A stretch of 64,000 bases of DNA, from NCBI RefSeq assembly GCF_006345805.1, contig NC_042998.1:183892001-183956000 (forward strand). The letters are read 5' to 3'. Shown here piece after piece: positions 36,301-48,530 of the stretch (position 1 is its first letter; every line of letters begins with the position of its first letter). The DNA is from Octopus sinensis. Lineage: Eukaryota. Both the position numbers and the translations under genes were made by a program. The notes under the pieces are model-generated. The model did not search any database and had not been told where the DNA came from. It was given only the letters and a program-made list of their open reading frames with translations.

Positions 36301-39300
36301 CTGTGCTTATATTTGAGAAAACAACAATGTCTAGAGTTTTGGAAATTCCAAGAAATTGTGCTTAGATGTCCGGCTACCTAAATAGTTTCGTTTGATGTGT
36401 GTGTGCTTATATTTGAGAAAACAACAATGTCTAGAGTTTTGGAAATTCCAAGAAATTGTGCTTAGATGTCCGGCTACCTAAATAATTAGTTAGATGTTTG
36501 TGGTTATATTTGAGAGAAAACAACAATGTCTAGAGTTTTGGAAATTCCAAGAAATTGTGCTTAGATGTCCGGCTACCTAAATAGTTTGATTAGATGTTTG
36601 TGGTTATATTTGAGAAAACAACAATGTCTAGAGTTTTGAAAATTCCAAGAAATTGTGCTTAGATGTCCGGCTACCTAAATAGTTTAGTTAGATGTTTGTG
36701 GTTATATTTGAGAAAACAACAATGTCTAGAGTTTTGGAAATTCCAAGAAATTGTGCTTAGATGTCCGGCTACCTAAATAGTTTGGTTAGATGTTTGTGGT
36801 TATATTTGAGAAAAAAACAATGTCTAGAGTTTTGGAAATTCCAAGAAATTGTGCTTAGATGTCCGGCTACCTAAATAGTTTGGTTAGATGTTTGTGGTTA
36901 TATTTGAGAAAACAACAATGTCTAGAGTTTTGGAAATTCCAAGAAATTGTGCTTAGATGTCCGGCTACCTAAATAGTTTGGTTAGATGTTGTGGTTATAT
37001 TTGAGAAAACAACAATGTCTAGAGTTTTGGAAATTCCAAGAAATTGTGCTTAGATGTCCGGCTACCTAAATAGTTTGGTTAGATGTTTGTGGTTATATTT
37101 GAGAAAAAACAATGTCTAGAGTTTTGGAAATTCCAAGAAATTGTGCTTAGATGTCCGGCTACCTAAATAGTTTGGTTAGATGTCTGTGCTTATATTTGAG
37201 AAAACAACAATGTCTAGAGTTTTGGAAATTCCAAGAAATTGTGCTTAGATGTCCGGCTACCTAAATAGTTTCGTTTGCTGTGTGTGCTTATATTTGAGAA
37301 AACAACAATGTCTAGAGTTTTGGAAATTCCAAGAAATTTTGCTTAGATGTCCGGCTACCTAAATAGTTTGGTTAGATGTTTGTGGTTATATTTGAGAAAA
37401 CAACAATGTCTAGAGTTTTGGAAATTCCAAGAAATTGTGCTTAGATGTCCGGCTACCTAAATAGTTTGGTTAGATGTTTGTGCTTATATTTGAGAAAACA
37501 ACAATGCCTAGAGTTTTGGAAATTCCAAGAAATTGTGCTTAGATGTCCAGCTACCTAAATAGTTTGGTTAGATGTTTGTGGTTATATTTGAGAAAACAAC
37601 AATGTCTAGAGTTTTGGAAATTCCAAGAAATTGTGCTTAGATTTCCAGCTACCTAAATAGTTTGGTTAGATGTTTGTGCTTATATTTGAGAAAACAACTA
37701 TGTCTAGAGTTTTGGAAATTCCAAGAAATTGTGCTTAGATGTCCGGCTACCTAAATTGTTTCGTTTGCTGTGTGTGCTTATATTTGAGAAAACAACAATG
37801 TCTAGAGTTTTGGAAATTCCAAGAAATTGTGCTTAGATGTCCGGCTACCTAAATAGTTTGATTAGATGTTTGTGGTTATATTTGAGAAAACAACAATGTC
37901 TAGAGTTTTGAAAATTCCAAGAAATTGTGCTTAGATGTCCGGCTACCTAAATAGTTTAGTTAGATGTTTGTGGTTATATTTGAGAAAACAACAATGTCTA
38001 GAGTTTTGGAAATTCCAAGAAATTGTGCTTAGATGTCCGGCTACCTAAATAGTTTGGTTAGATGTTTGTGGTTTATTTGAGAAAACAACAATGTCTAGAG
38101 TTTTGGAAATTCCAAGAAATTGTGCTTAGATGTCCGGCTACCTAAATAGTTTGGTTAGATGTTTGTGGTTATATTTGAGAAAACAACAATGTCTAGAGTT
38201 TTGGAAATTCCAAGAAATTGTGCTTAGATGTCCGGCTACCTAAATAGTTTGGTTAGATGTTTGTGGTTATATTTGAGAAAACAACAATGTCTAGAGTTTT
38301 GGAAATTCCAAGAAATTGTGCTTAGATGTCCGGCTACCTAAATAGTTTGGTTAGATGTTTGTGCTTATATTTGAGAAAACAACAATGTCTAGAGTTTTGG
38401 AAATTCCAAGAAATTGTGCTTAGATGTCCGGCTACCTAAATAGTTTGGTTAGATGTTTTTGGTTATATTTGAGAAAACAACAATGTCTAGAGTTTTGGAA
38501 ATTCCAAGAAATTGTGCTTAGATGTCCAGCTACCTAAATAGTTTGGTTAGATGTTTGTGGTTATATTTGAGAAAACAACAATGTCTAGAGTTTTGGAAAT
38601 TCCAAGAAATTGTGCTTAGATTTCCAGCTACCTAAATAGTTTGGTTAGATGTTTGTGCTTATATTTGAGAAAACAACTATGTCTAGAGTTTTGGAAATTC
38701 CAAGAAATTGTGCTTAGATGTCCGGCTACCTAAATAGTTTGGTTAGATGTTTGTGCTTATATTTGAGAAAACAACAATGTCTAGAGTTTTGGAAATTCCA
38801 AGAAATTGTGCTTAGATGTCCGGCTACCTAAATAGTTTGGTTAGATGTCTGTGCTTATATTTGAAAAAACAACTATGTCTAGAGTTTTGGAAATTCCAAG
38901 AAATTGTGCTTAGATTTCCAGCTACCTAAATAGTTTGGTTAGATGTTTGTGGTTTATTTGAGAAAACAACAATGTCTAGAGTTTTGAAAATTCCAAGAAA
39001 TTGTGCTTAGATTTGCAGCTACCTAAATAGTTTGGTTAGATGTTTGTGCTTATATTTGAGAAGACAACAATGTCTAGAGTTTTGGAAATTCCAAGAAATT
39101 GTGCTTAGATGTCCGGCTACCTAAATAGTTTCGTTTGCTGTGTGTGCTTATATTTGAGAAAACAACAATGTCTAGAGTTTTGGAAATTCCAAGAAATTGT
39201 GCTTAGATGTCCGGCTACCTAAATAGTTTGGTTAGATGTCTGTGCTTATATTTGAAAAAACAACTATGTCTAGAGTTTTGGAAATTCCAAGAAATTGTGC

Positions 39301-40081
39301 TTAGATTTCCAGCTACCTAAATAGTTTGGTTAGATGTTTGTGGTTATATTTGAGAAAACAACAATGTCTAGAGTTTTGGAAATTCCAAGAAATTGTGCTT
39401 AGATTTGCAGCTACCTAAATAGTTTGGTTAGATGTTTGTGCTTATATTTGAGAAGACAACAATGTCTAGAGTTTTGGAAATTCCAAGAAATTGTGCTTAG
39501 ATGTCCGGCTACCTAAATAGTTTCGTTTGCTGTGTGTGCTTCTATTTGAGAAAACAACAATGTCTAGAGTTTTGGAAATTCCAAGAAATTGTGCTTAGAT
39601 GTCCGGCTACCTAAATAGTTTGGTTAGATGTCTGTGCTTATATTTGAAAAAACAACTATGTCTAGAGTTTTGGAAATTCCAAGAAATTGTTCTTAGATTT
39701 CCAGCTACCTAAATAGTTTGGTTAGATGTTTGTGGTTATATTTGAGAAAACAACAATGTCTAGAGTTTTGGAAATTCCAAGAAATTGTGCTTAGATTTGC
39801 AGCTACCTAAATAGTTTGGTTAGATGTTTGTGCTTATATTTGAGAAAACAACAATGTCTAGAGTTTTGGAAATTCCAAGAAATTGTGCTTAGATGTCAGG
39901 CTACCTAAATAGTTTCGTTTGCTGTGTGTGCTTCTATTTGAGAAAACAACAATGTCTAGAGTTTTGGAAATTCCAAGAAATTGTGCTTAGATGTCCGGCT
40001 ACCTAAATAGTTTGGTTAGATGTTTGTGGTTATATTTGAGAAAACAACAATGTCTAGAGTTCTGGAAATTCCAAGAAATTG
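27397..40081. repeat. Satellite array of about 129 copies of a 98-bp monomer
   Basis: Monomer tgcttagatgtccggctacctaaatagtttggttagatgtttgtggttatatttgagaaaacaacaatgtctagagttttggaaattccaagaaattg. The period is confirmed (atgtctagag at 27821 and 27919). One XbaI site per unit and no ORFs. Confidence 0.99.
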
Positions 40082-42122
40082 CACTCAAAACATTCTTCAT
40101 CTAAGAACGCAGCTTGAAAACAATATTTTGTTTATTCTTTCATCTGCAAATCCAGATCGTCATTTTATAATCTCAAATGACTTAACTTCTTTTCCACGAA
40201 ACATTTTCACACGATAATGCCATTTTTTATTTTAAATTTTATTATCAAAACTAAATTTTTTCGTTAAATATGTTGGTGGGTAAAAATGATGCTGTTGTTG
40301 ATGTTGGGAGAGACAGTAATACGATGATGGAGCAAGCAGTAGGATAAGAGGTAAAGAGATGGTGGCGGTCCTAGTGATGAGGGGACAAGTGCTGGTGCTG
40401 TTGGGGACGGTAGTGATCATGGCGGTGACGGCAATATTGTAAACAAACGGCGGCGAGCTGGCAGAAACGTTAGCATGCCGGGCGAAATGCGTAGCCGTAT
40501 TTCGTCTGTCGTTACGTTCCGAGTTCAAATTCCGCCGAGGTCGACTTTGCCTTTCATCCTTTCGGGGTTGATAAATTAAGTACCGGTTATGTACTGGGGT
40601 CGATGTAATCGACTTAATCCCTTTGTCTGTCCTTGTTTGTCCCCTCTATGTTTAGCCCGTTGAGGGTAATAAAGAAATAAGAAATGTTAGCACGCCGGGC
40701 GAAATGCTTTGTGGTATTTCGTCCGCCGCTGCGTTCTGAGTTCAAATTCCGCCGAGGCCGACTTTGCCTTTCATTTTTTCGGGCTCGATAAATTAAGTAC
40801 CAGTTACGCACTGGAGTCGATGTTATCGACTTAATCCCTTTGTTTGTCCCCTCTATGTTTAGCCCCTTGTAGGTAATAAAAAACAAATATTGTAAACAAA
40901 CTACAATGCTGCTGGGTTGTACTAGGGATTAGGGTCAGGGTTGTGGTATATCAGCTTAAAGAGTTCGTGAGGTCGTAATAGGTTTTGCGTGTAGAAAGTG
41001 GCAGAAGTGGTTGTAAAAATGGAGGCTGAGCTTAAAGTACCATACTACATTCAATTGATATAATACAGTGTGATTCAATACTCGGAATACTTCCGAGATC
41101 CAATACATTCTAAATTAAACAAATTACAACAATCAAATTGAATGGTTAATGAAGAGACTTCAGTTTTATCGGATGGTTAATTAATAAACATACCGGTCTT
41201 TGTTTCTTTGCTTCGATGTATTAAATTCGCTATACAGTAATTGCGGTTAATTATTTTGCTGACAAATAGGATCGATTGAAAGAAGATAATTATTACTAAT
41301 GTATTATAGACACCATGTTCTGTGTATGACTTTAAACTGTATTCGGTAGTGGAGCCCTGCTTCAGAAGTGCCAGAGTTCTGAGAGGTGCTGAACTAACTT
41401 TTAACCACTATTTTCCAGGCGTACTCTGACTCGGAGTAATAGTACCTGGTAGGGTCCCAGTTAGGGGTTAATTAACATATCATGAAATTGCTTTCATCAA
41501 CACCGTCACATTTTCTTCACAAGTCCAGTAGCGAAAGGTAAAGAAACAACGGGGACAGATAGAAGATGCTACTGGAAGTCTTCAGCTTTGACCCTTCACA
41601 TAGGCAACCATGGTCGTTTGCTGAACAATCAATCATTGAAGTGACGATAGATCAGATCGGTAGCCACTACACACATATTTTTTATCTTCTTGTTTCTTTG
41701 TGTCCCTTTCTGTAGAAGAGCGTAGACTCGAAACGTAAAAGACATTTTGTATTCCTGAGCGTTATACTAATACATCTGTTTGTTTTCTACACCACCTGTC
41801 TTCGTCTTTTGTTTTTTCGTGAACTTTCCCCTCTAATATTATAGATACCATAAAGCAAAACATCAGATTTATGAAAAAGCAAGGAACATTTTATTGTGTA
41901 CAGTTTCTGTTTTAATCATATGCCGTTAAGCAAACTCTCGTACAAACAAGTTTAAAGTAATAAAATCACATTTTCAACAACGTTAGACCGTGGAAACTAA
42001 TTTTCATTATATTTGGGTTGTCGATCACGAAAGAATATTAAATTTGAGCATCTTAACTGCTTAAGGAACAACGCAAATGCAACAATCATATTAAACGACA
42101 ACCAACCAATCAACTAACCAAC
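40082..42122 (+). repeat. Copy A of a tandemly duplicated macro-unit of about 1.6-2 kb (flank of the array)
   Basis: Colinear with 43129-44750 apart from copy-specific insertions. Confidence 0.9.
40448..40885 (+). mobile_element. Dimeric SINE insertion specific to copy A
   Basis: 15-bp TSD aatattgtaaacaaa (40433-40447, 40886-40900). The empty site is present in copy B (about 43515-43530). Confidence 0.9.
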
Positions 42123-42193
42123 TTTAATAATGGAAGGCAATGTTTTCGATATCAGAGGAATATCGTTTCCTTCCATTAACTTCTTGTTCTTTA

Positions 42194-42560
42194 TGTAGTT
42201 CAGGCTTTCGGCAGGCGAAGAGAAAAGACTTCAAATACAACTACTATTTACAACTGGTTTATTTACAGGAAAGGTGAAAGGTGCTGCTCTCAGCTACCAT
42301 CTTAAGCTCCGATAGTGTGGGCGCATTGCCTCCAGCGATAGACAGGCAGAAAACCACAGCCAGTGCTGCTGTGTTGGGTGGCCGAAGAAGAGAACTGGTC
42401 TGAATCGGTTTCTCGTTTATATAGTTTTCTCAATTGCGAGACTCGTTGTGATCTCGCGCATGGCAAATGGATGCAGGTGAGGTCTCGCCCCAGTCTCGGA
42501 GATGGCAATAGCTGCCGCGGGATCTCATCCAATATGGCACAAACTGCTTGTGCCGCTACA
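42194..42560 (-). mobile_element. Solo-LTR-like element
   Basis: TGTAG..CTACA termini and aataaa on the - strand. Related to 56633-57018. No clear TSD. Confidence 0.55.
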
Positions 42561-43008
42561 AAGGATGAGTTGGTCCTGGATGGGTGCTTCACAATTCCAT
42601 ACATAGTTCATGGAAGAAAAAGGCGAAGACAAGATCTCTCCGAACAAATAACAATAATAATTTATTTCGCCTGAATAAACATTTCATCTCTGGACATCGG
42701 TAGCCTGGACGCCTTGGAGTGGAAGCAGCTGGGTTGGTAGCTAGACACAAAAATACGAAGATATTTTTCACAGATTCGCAACGTCGCTCGCCGTCAGAAT
42801 TCCAGCTCCACGGAGCTGGTCTAAGTTGCGTCCTGTCTGGTCAGAAGCTGGGGCCGAAGAGGATGAATGGGTGGTCAAACCTAGCTGCTGCTGATGATGA
42901 TTGCGCATGCGCATAAGTGGCTTCCGTCAGATCTCCGGAAAGCTCTAATTCTATGCGCATGCGTGGTTGAATGTTCCACAGTGGCGTCTAGAACCAGGCG
43001 TCACTACA

Positions 43009-44750
43009 CAACTAACCAACCACCTATGGGTGCTCAGATGTCCGGCTACCTAAATAGTTTGGTTAGCTGTCTCTGCTTACATTTGAGAAAACAACAATAT
43101 CTAGAGTTCTGGAAATTCCAAGAAATTGCACTCAAAACATTCTTCATCTAAGAACACAGCTTGAAAACAATATTTTGTTTATTCTTTCATTTGCAAATCC
43201 AGATCGTCATTTTATAATCTCAAATGACCTAACTTCTTTTCCACGAAACATTTTCACACGATAATGCCATTTTTTATGTTAAATTTTATTATCAAAACTA
43301 AATTTTCTCGTTAAATATGTTGGCGGGTAAAAATGATGCTGTTGTTGATGTTGGGAGAGACAGTAATACGATGATGGAGCAAGCAGTAGGATAAGAGGTG
43401 GATTATGTTGGTGATGGTGGTGGAGTTAGAGGTAAAGAGAAGGTGGCCGTCCTAATGATGAGCGGGCAAGTGCTGGTGCTGTTGGGGATGGTACTGATGA
43501 TGGCGGTGACGGCAATATTGTAAACAAACTACAATGCTGCTGGAATGTCACAGTAAACACGACAGAATGGTTGTACTAGGGATTAGGGTCAGGGTTGTGG
43601 TATATCAGCTTAAAGAGTTCGTGAGGTCGTATTAGGTGTCGTGTATAGAAAGAGGCAGAAGTGATTGTAAAAACGGAGGCTGAGCTTAAAGTACCATACT
43701 ACATTCAATTGATATAATACAGTGTGATTCAATACTCGGAATACTTCCGAGATCCAATACATTCTAAATTAAACAAATTACAACAATCAAATTGAATGGT
43801 ATTGAATGGTTAATGAAGAGACTTCAGTTTTATCGGATGGTTAATTAATAAACTTACCGGTCTTTGTTTCTCTACTCCGATGCATTAAATTCGTTATACA
43901 GTAATTGCGGTTAATTATTTTGCTCACAAATAGGATCGATTGAAAGAATACAATTGTTACTAATGTATTATAGACACCATGTTCTGTGTATGACTTTAAA
44001 CTGCATTCGGTAGCGGAGTCCTGCTTCTGAAGTTCCAGAGTTCTGAGAGGTGCTGAACTAACTTTTAACCGCTATTTTCCCAGGCGTACTCTGACTCGGA
44101 GTAATAGTACCTGGTAGGGTCCCAATTAGGGGTTAATTAACATGTCACGAAATTGCTTTCGGAAAAAAGGATACTCACAGACACCAAACGGATCCTTTAG
44201 CTCTTTAGTTGCCCATCAATAAGAAGGCAACTTCACACAACTCCTACATCCTTATAACTAATGGATTCATGACTCATGTTGCACAAGGACTAGAGAGTGG
44301 GACTGGTTCTGAACCAAACTATGCCCACTATAATAATATTCATTGTGCAGGTTCTGCAAACCAAGACTATCATCAACACCGTCAAATTTTCTTAACAAGT
44401 CCAGTAGCGACAGGGAAAGAAACAACGGGGACAAATAGAAGATGCTACTGGAAGTCTTCAGCTTTGACCCTTCACATAGGCAACCATGGTCATTTGCTGA
44501 ATCCTCAATCATTGAAGCGACGAGAGTCTAATATTATAGACACCATAAAGCAAAACATCAGATTTATGAAAAGGCAAGGAACATTTTATTGTGTACAGTT
44601 TCTGTTTTAATCATATGCCGTTAAGCAAACTCTCGTACAAACAAGTTTAAAGTAATAAAATCACATTTTCAACAAATTTACATTATATTTGGGTTGTCGA
44701 TCACGAAAGAATATTAAACTTGAGCATCTTAACTGCTTAAGTAACAACGC
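43009..44750 (+). repeat. Copy B of the macro-unit (unexpanded)
   Basis: Matches 40082-42070 and carries its own insertion of about 210 bp (about 44161-44370). Confidence 0.9.
43031..43128 (+). repeat. Single-copy 98-bp progenitor of the satellite monomer
   Basis: Exactly 98 bp (tgctcag..aagaaattg), with 6 differences from array variant C and 8 from the major variant. It is followed by the same flank (cactcaaaacattc) as the array end. Confidence 0.93.
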
Positions 44751-44829
44751 TGTAAGTGAATTTACATAAGCTTCTATTTGTATTTTAAAATTAAAAAGCA
44801 TCATCAAGAGCTCATTCCCAGTTGTAACT

Positions 44830-45230
44830 GTTGAAACCTCGAAGCTTGTCCACTTGATCAGGCGTGTATGATAAACTCTGTCGTATATGAGACAGGAATC
44901 AGAGCAATGCTTCAAGGTAACCTAACCGAAAAGAAAATTTTCATCGAGTTCTGCTATGGCGATATCAAAAGACGTTATGCAAACTACCTGTCTTCTTTCC
45001 AGTAGAACGACAAAAATAAAGCTACTTAAGTTGGTTAGCCAAGTATAGGGTTTGAAGACCACATACAATCAAATGGAGAATCGTAGAAAAATCCATGGTA
45101 TATGTTAAAGGATCTAAGAAATGCGACTTTTGCGTAGCTGCAAGATCTCACATTCTTTTTAGATCTAAGAATTCTACCGCAATACTGAATTCCGGATCCG
45201 AAATTTTCAGCAAATGCAAGCATATTCTTT
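44830..45230 (+). mobile_element. Penelope GIY-YIG endonuclease remnant
   Basis: ACPLDQACMINSVVYE..IKWRIVEKSMVYVKGSKKCDFC..LNSGSEIFSKCKH. Confidence 0.75.
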
Positions 45231-45234
45231 TCTT

Positions 45235-45760
<526 letters not shown>

Positions 45761-46137
45761 TACACAGACAAACTTTTTTGGCGAACTGGAGGACACTACC
45801 CTCTTCGGATTGAGCAGCTGTCTCGCAGACTCTGGACCCTGTCTCCGTTGAATAATTCTACAACAACTAGCTTAATTATGGTTTTACAGTCAGATGGAAC
45901 ATAACTCTAATTTTCTTTCTTTTCTTTTTCCGTTTTTTTTTTTCACCCTTCCACTTTTTGCATCTGCCTTCTCATTTTTCTCGTGAAAAGACGTGTTATA
46001 AAAACCTGCCCAGACCCGAGTCTTCAGACAAGAAACTATTAGCTGATCGTATCTTTATACTGTGTACATTAAATGATATTTATCCCTCACTGGATGGAAT
46101 ATTTTTTGTTGATCCTACCGATAACGGAACAGTAAAC

Positions 46138-46169
<32 letters not shown>

Positions 46170-46689
46170 TGTATGTATGTATGTATGTATGTATGTGTGT
46201 GTGTGTGTATGTATGCATGTGTGATTATATGCGTGCGCGTGTATTTGCGCCGGTGCGCGAAGCAGTGACGGAAAATAAGCAAACTTTAGATCAGTTCAAA
46301 TATGTTTAGGGCATATTTGAATCTGTTCAGGCTTTTATTGTGGAAAAAAAGACTCTCGCTTAAGATAAAAAGGTGTTAGAATACTAAGTTCATCTCAGAA
46401 CGCTCTCTATAGACTGGTGGACGAATTTCGAACTCTTTATTTATTCTCAGCACCATATACCATGAGACGCAACACTCTTTACTAATGCTTTAGTCTCAGT
46501 TATTGACAATGACAGCTTGACGGAAAGTCGTTTGATTTTGTGGAAGCAACTGCAATATATATTTTAGTGGTGTACAACGAAAAGGCAAGTACAACATATT
46601 TAGCTGATTAAAAACTAAACGTGATATGGACCTTGTGGTATTGGCTGTGCTGCACACGTTGTACGCGATTGTCTCCTAACAACTGCTGG

Positions 46690-47000
46690 TCTAGTACCAA
46701 GCGATAGCAAAGCGCTTCTAAAAATTTTCAGATATTTCCATATTTACTCAGTTCGTGTAACTCAGTTAACAAAATTTTATGACCTTGCCGGTGTAGAATA
46801 CAAATATGCTACCTACGGTTGAAAGAATTCTTGGCATTTTTGCTGGCTTGAAATCTTACTTTTGTTCCCAAGAACACTGCTCGGGATTGAAAAAACAATT
46901 TTTTGAATATATTTTTTTGAGAAAGTATGTATGGTTTGAAAATGGACAGCCTTTTCAACAAATTGATTCTGGTCATAAAGAAGAGTGATTCCAACGCAGC
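46690..47000 (+). mobile_element. hAT transposase fragment
   Basis: LPTVERILGIFAGLKSYFCSQE resembles the region after the RWLS motif of hAT transposases. Confidence 0.5.
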
Positions 47001-47099
47001 AGATATCAAACTGGAAATGCTACCAAATATTAGGTTCTTTCACATGAAATATCGTATTTGAAAGGTAACAATAAAATGTGTTAAAAGTGTTAGAAAACT

Positions 47100-48130
47100 T
47101 ATTTATTTAATCAAAGTATGATCCATGTTAATTTATGACGCTTACCCAACGTTTCTCTATGTCATATATTCCATCTCTAAAAAAAATTCATCTTTTGATG
47201 TGATAAACTGTCCGAATGCTTCAATTATCTCTTCTCTATTTAATAATGTTTTATTTATTATGAAAAGCTCAAAATGCTTAAATAAGTGACGATCAGTAGG
47301 AGAGATATCAGGGGAATATGAAGGGTGTTGCAAAATCTCATTATTCAGGTTTTGCAACTTTTGGACCGTAGCTTGAGAAGTGTGAGGACAGGCATTATCG
47401 TGGAGCAAAATTGGGCCATCTCTATTCACTTAGTCTGGGTTGCTTCTTTTTCAAATTCTCATGCATACAGTTAATTTCCTGGCAATACGATGTTGCTGTT
47501 ACCGTTTTTCCTTGTTGCAAAAATGAATAATGAATAACTCTCTTCGCAGACCAGCATATAATGACCACTAATATTTAGGGTGCAATGGTGGGTTTGGGTA
47601 GTGTTCAGGTGACTCTTCTGCAACTAATCACTGTCCTATTCTCCTGCTGTTGTCAAAAAGTATCCATCTCTCATCACATTGATGCCTTAATGGTCTTTTT
47701 CCGGTCGAGAAAGCAATAAGGAGCACACTTTGAGGCGTCTGTTTTTATGAATCTCGTTCAGTTGATGCGGAACAAACCTATCTGTTTTCTTGACTTTTAC
47801 AATTTTTTACAGGTGTCCAAAAACAGTTGTGCGAGATGTCTGGAGTTCTGATGAAAGTTTTCGAACCTTTTTCTCGGATTTTGTTCAACCAAAGCATTTA
47901 ATCCATCTTGCCGAATAACTGATTTTGGCCTACCCCTTGGTCTATTTTCAAGGCTATCATCTCCCGAACGAGAGCTTTGTAACCATCTCTGAACAGTTCG
48001 GATGTCAAAAAAACCGTTACCAAAGGCCCGCTTGATATTCCTTAGAGCTTCTGCGGCAGAGTGACCCAGTTTGTACTCATACGAGAAAATCACTCAACAT
48101 AGTTTGGTTGTTATCATTTTCATAAGGTCT
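47100..48130 (-). mobile_element. Decayed mariner
   Basis: YEYKLGHSAAEALRNI..TVQRW..GRP (HTH), LLHDNACPH and YSPDISPTD. Confidence 0.88.
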
Positions 48131-48530
48131 GTGAGTACGCATTTTGTATACATAAATTGTTGGGAAAGAAAAAGAGTCAAGATTAAACGCAAGGTATACA
48201 TAATTGAGTTTTTAAAAGACTGAAATAACAAGTAATTAAAAATGCGACATCTCATATGAAACAACATAATACAAATGTAGAAGAAAGAAAACAAAACTGA
48301 ATTTCTACCTCAAAGTGTAAAAGCTGAAAAAAAAAACTTGAAAGAAATAGTGAAAGCATTGAAGTGAAGAAAGAATTTTAAAAATTTTATGCAAAACACT
48401 CCTCATACCTCGACCTATGCAAAGAGAATTTAGAGCGGAAGACTTTGTGTGATTAAATTCCTCCCAGTTTTAAGGAGTCTGCAGTTAAGATCCATTAAAG
48501 TGTAACAAAAGCATTGGAAAGCAAGTAATA

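Noticed and set aside
27397-40081. CRISPR-like array
   Set aside because: The whole 98-bp unit repeats with no unique spacers, there are no cas genes, and the context is eukaryotic.
27397-40081. Coding repeat
   Set aside because: 98 is not divisible by 3, the unit contains stops, and the ORF track is empty here.
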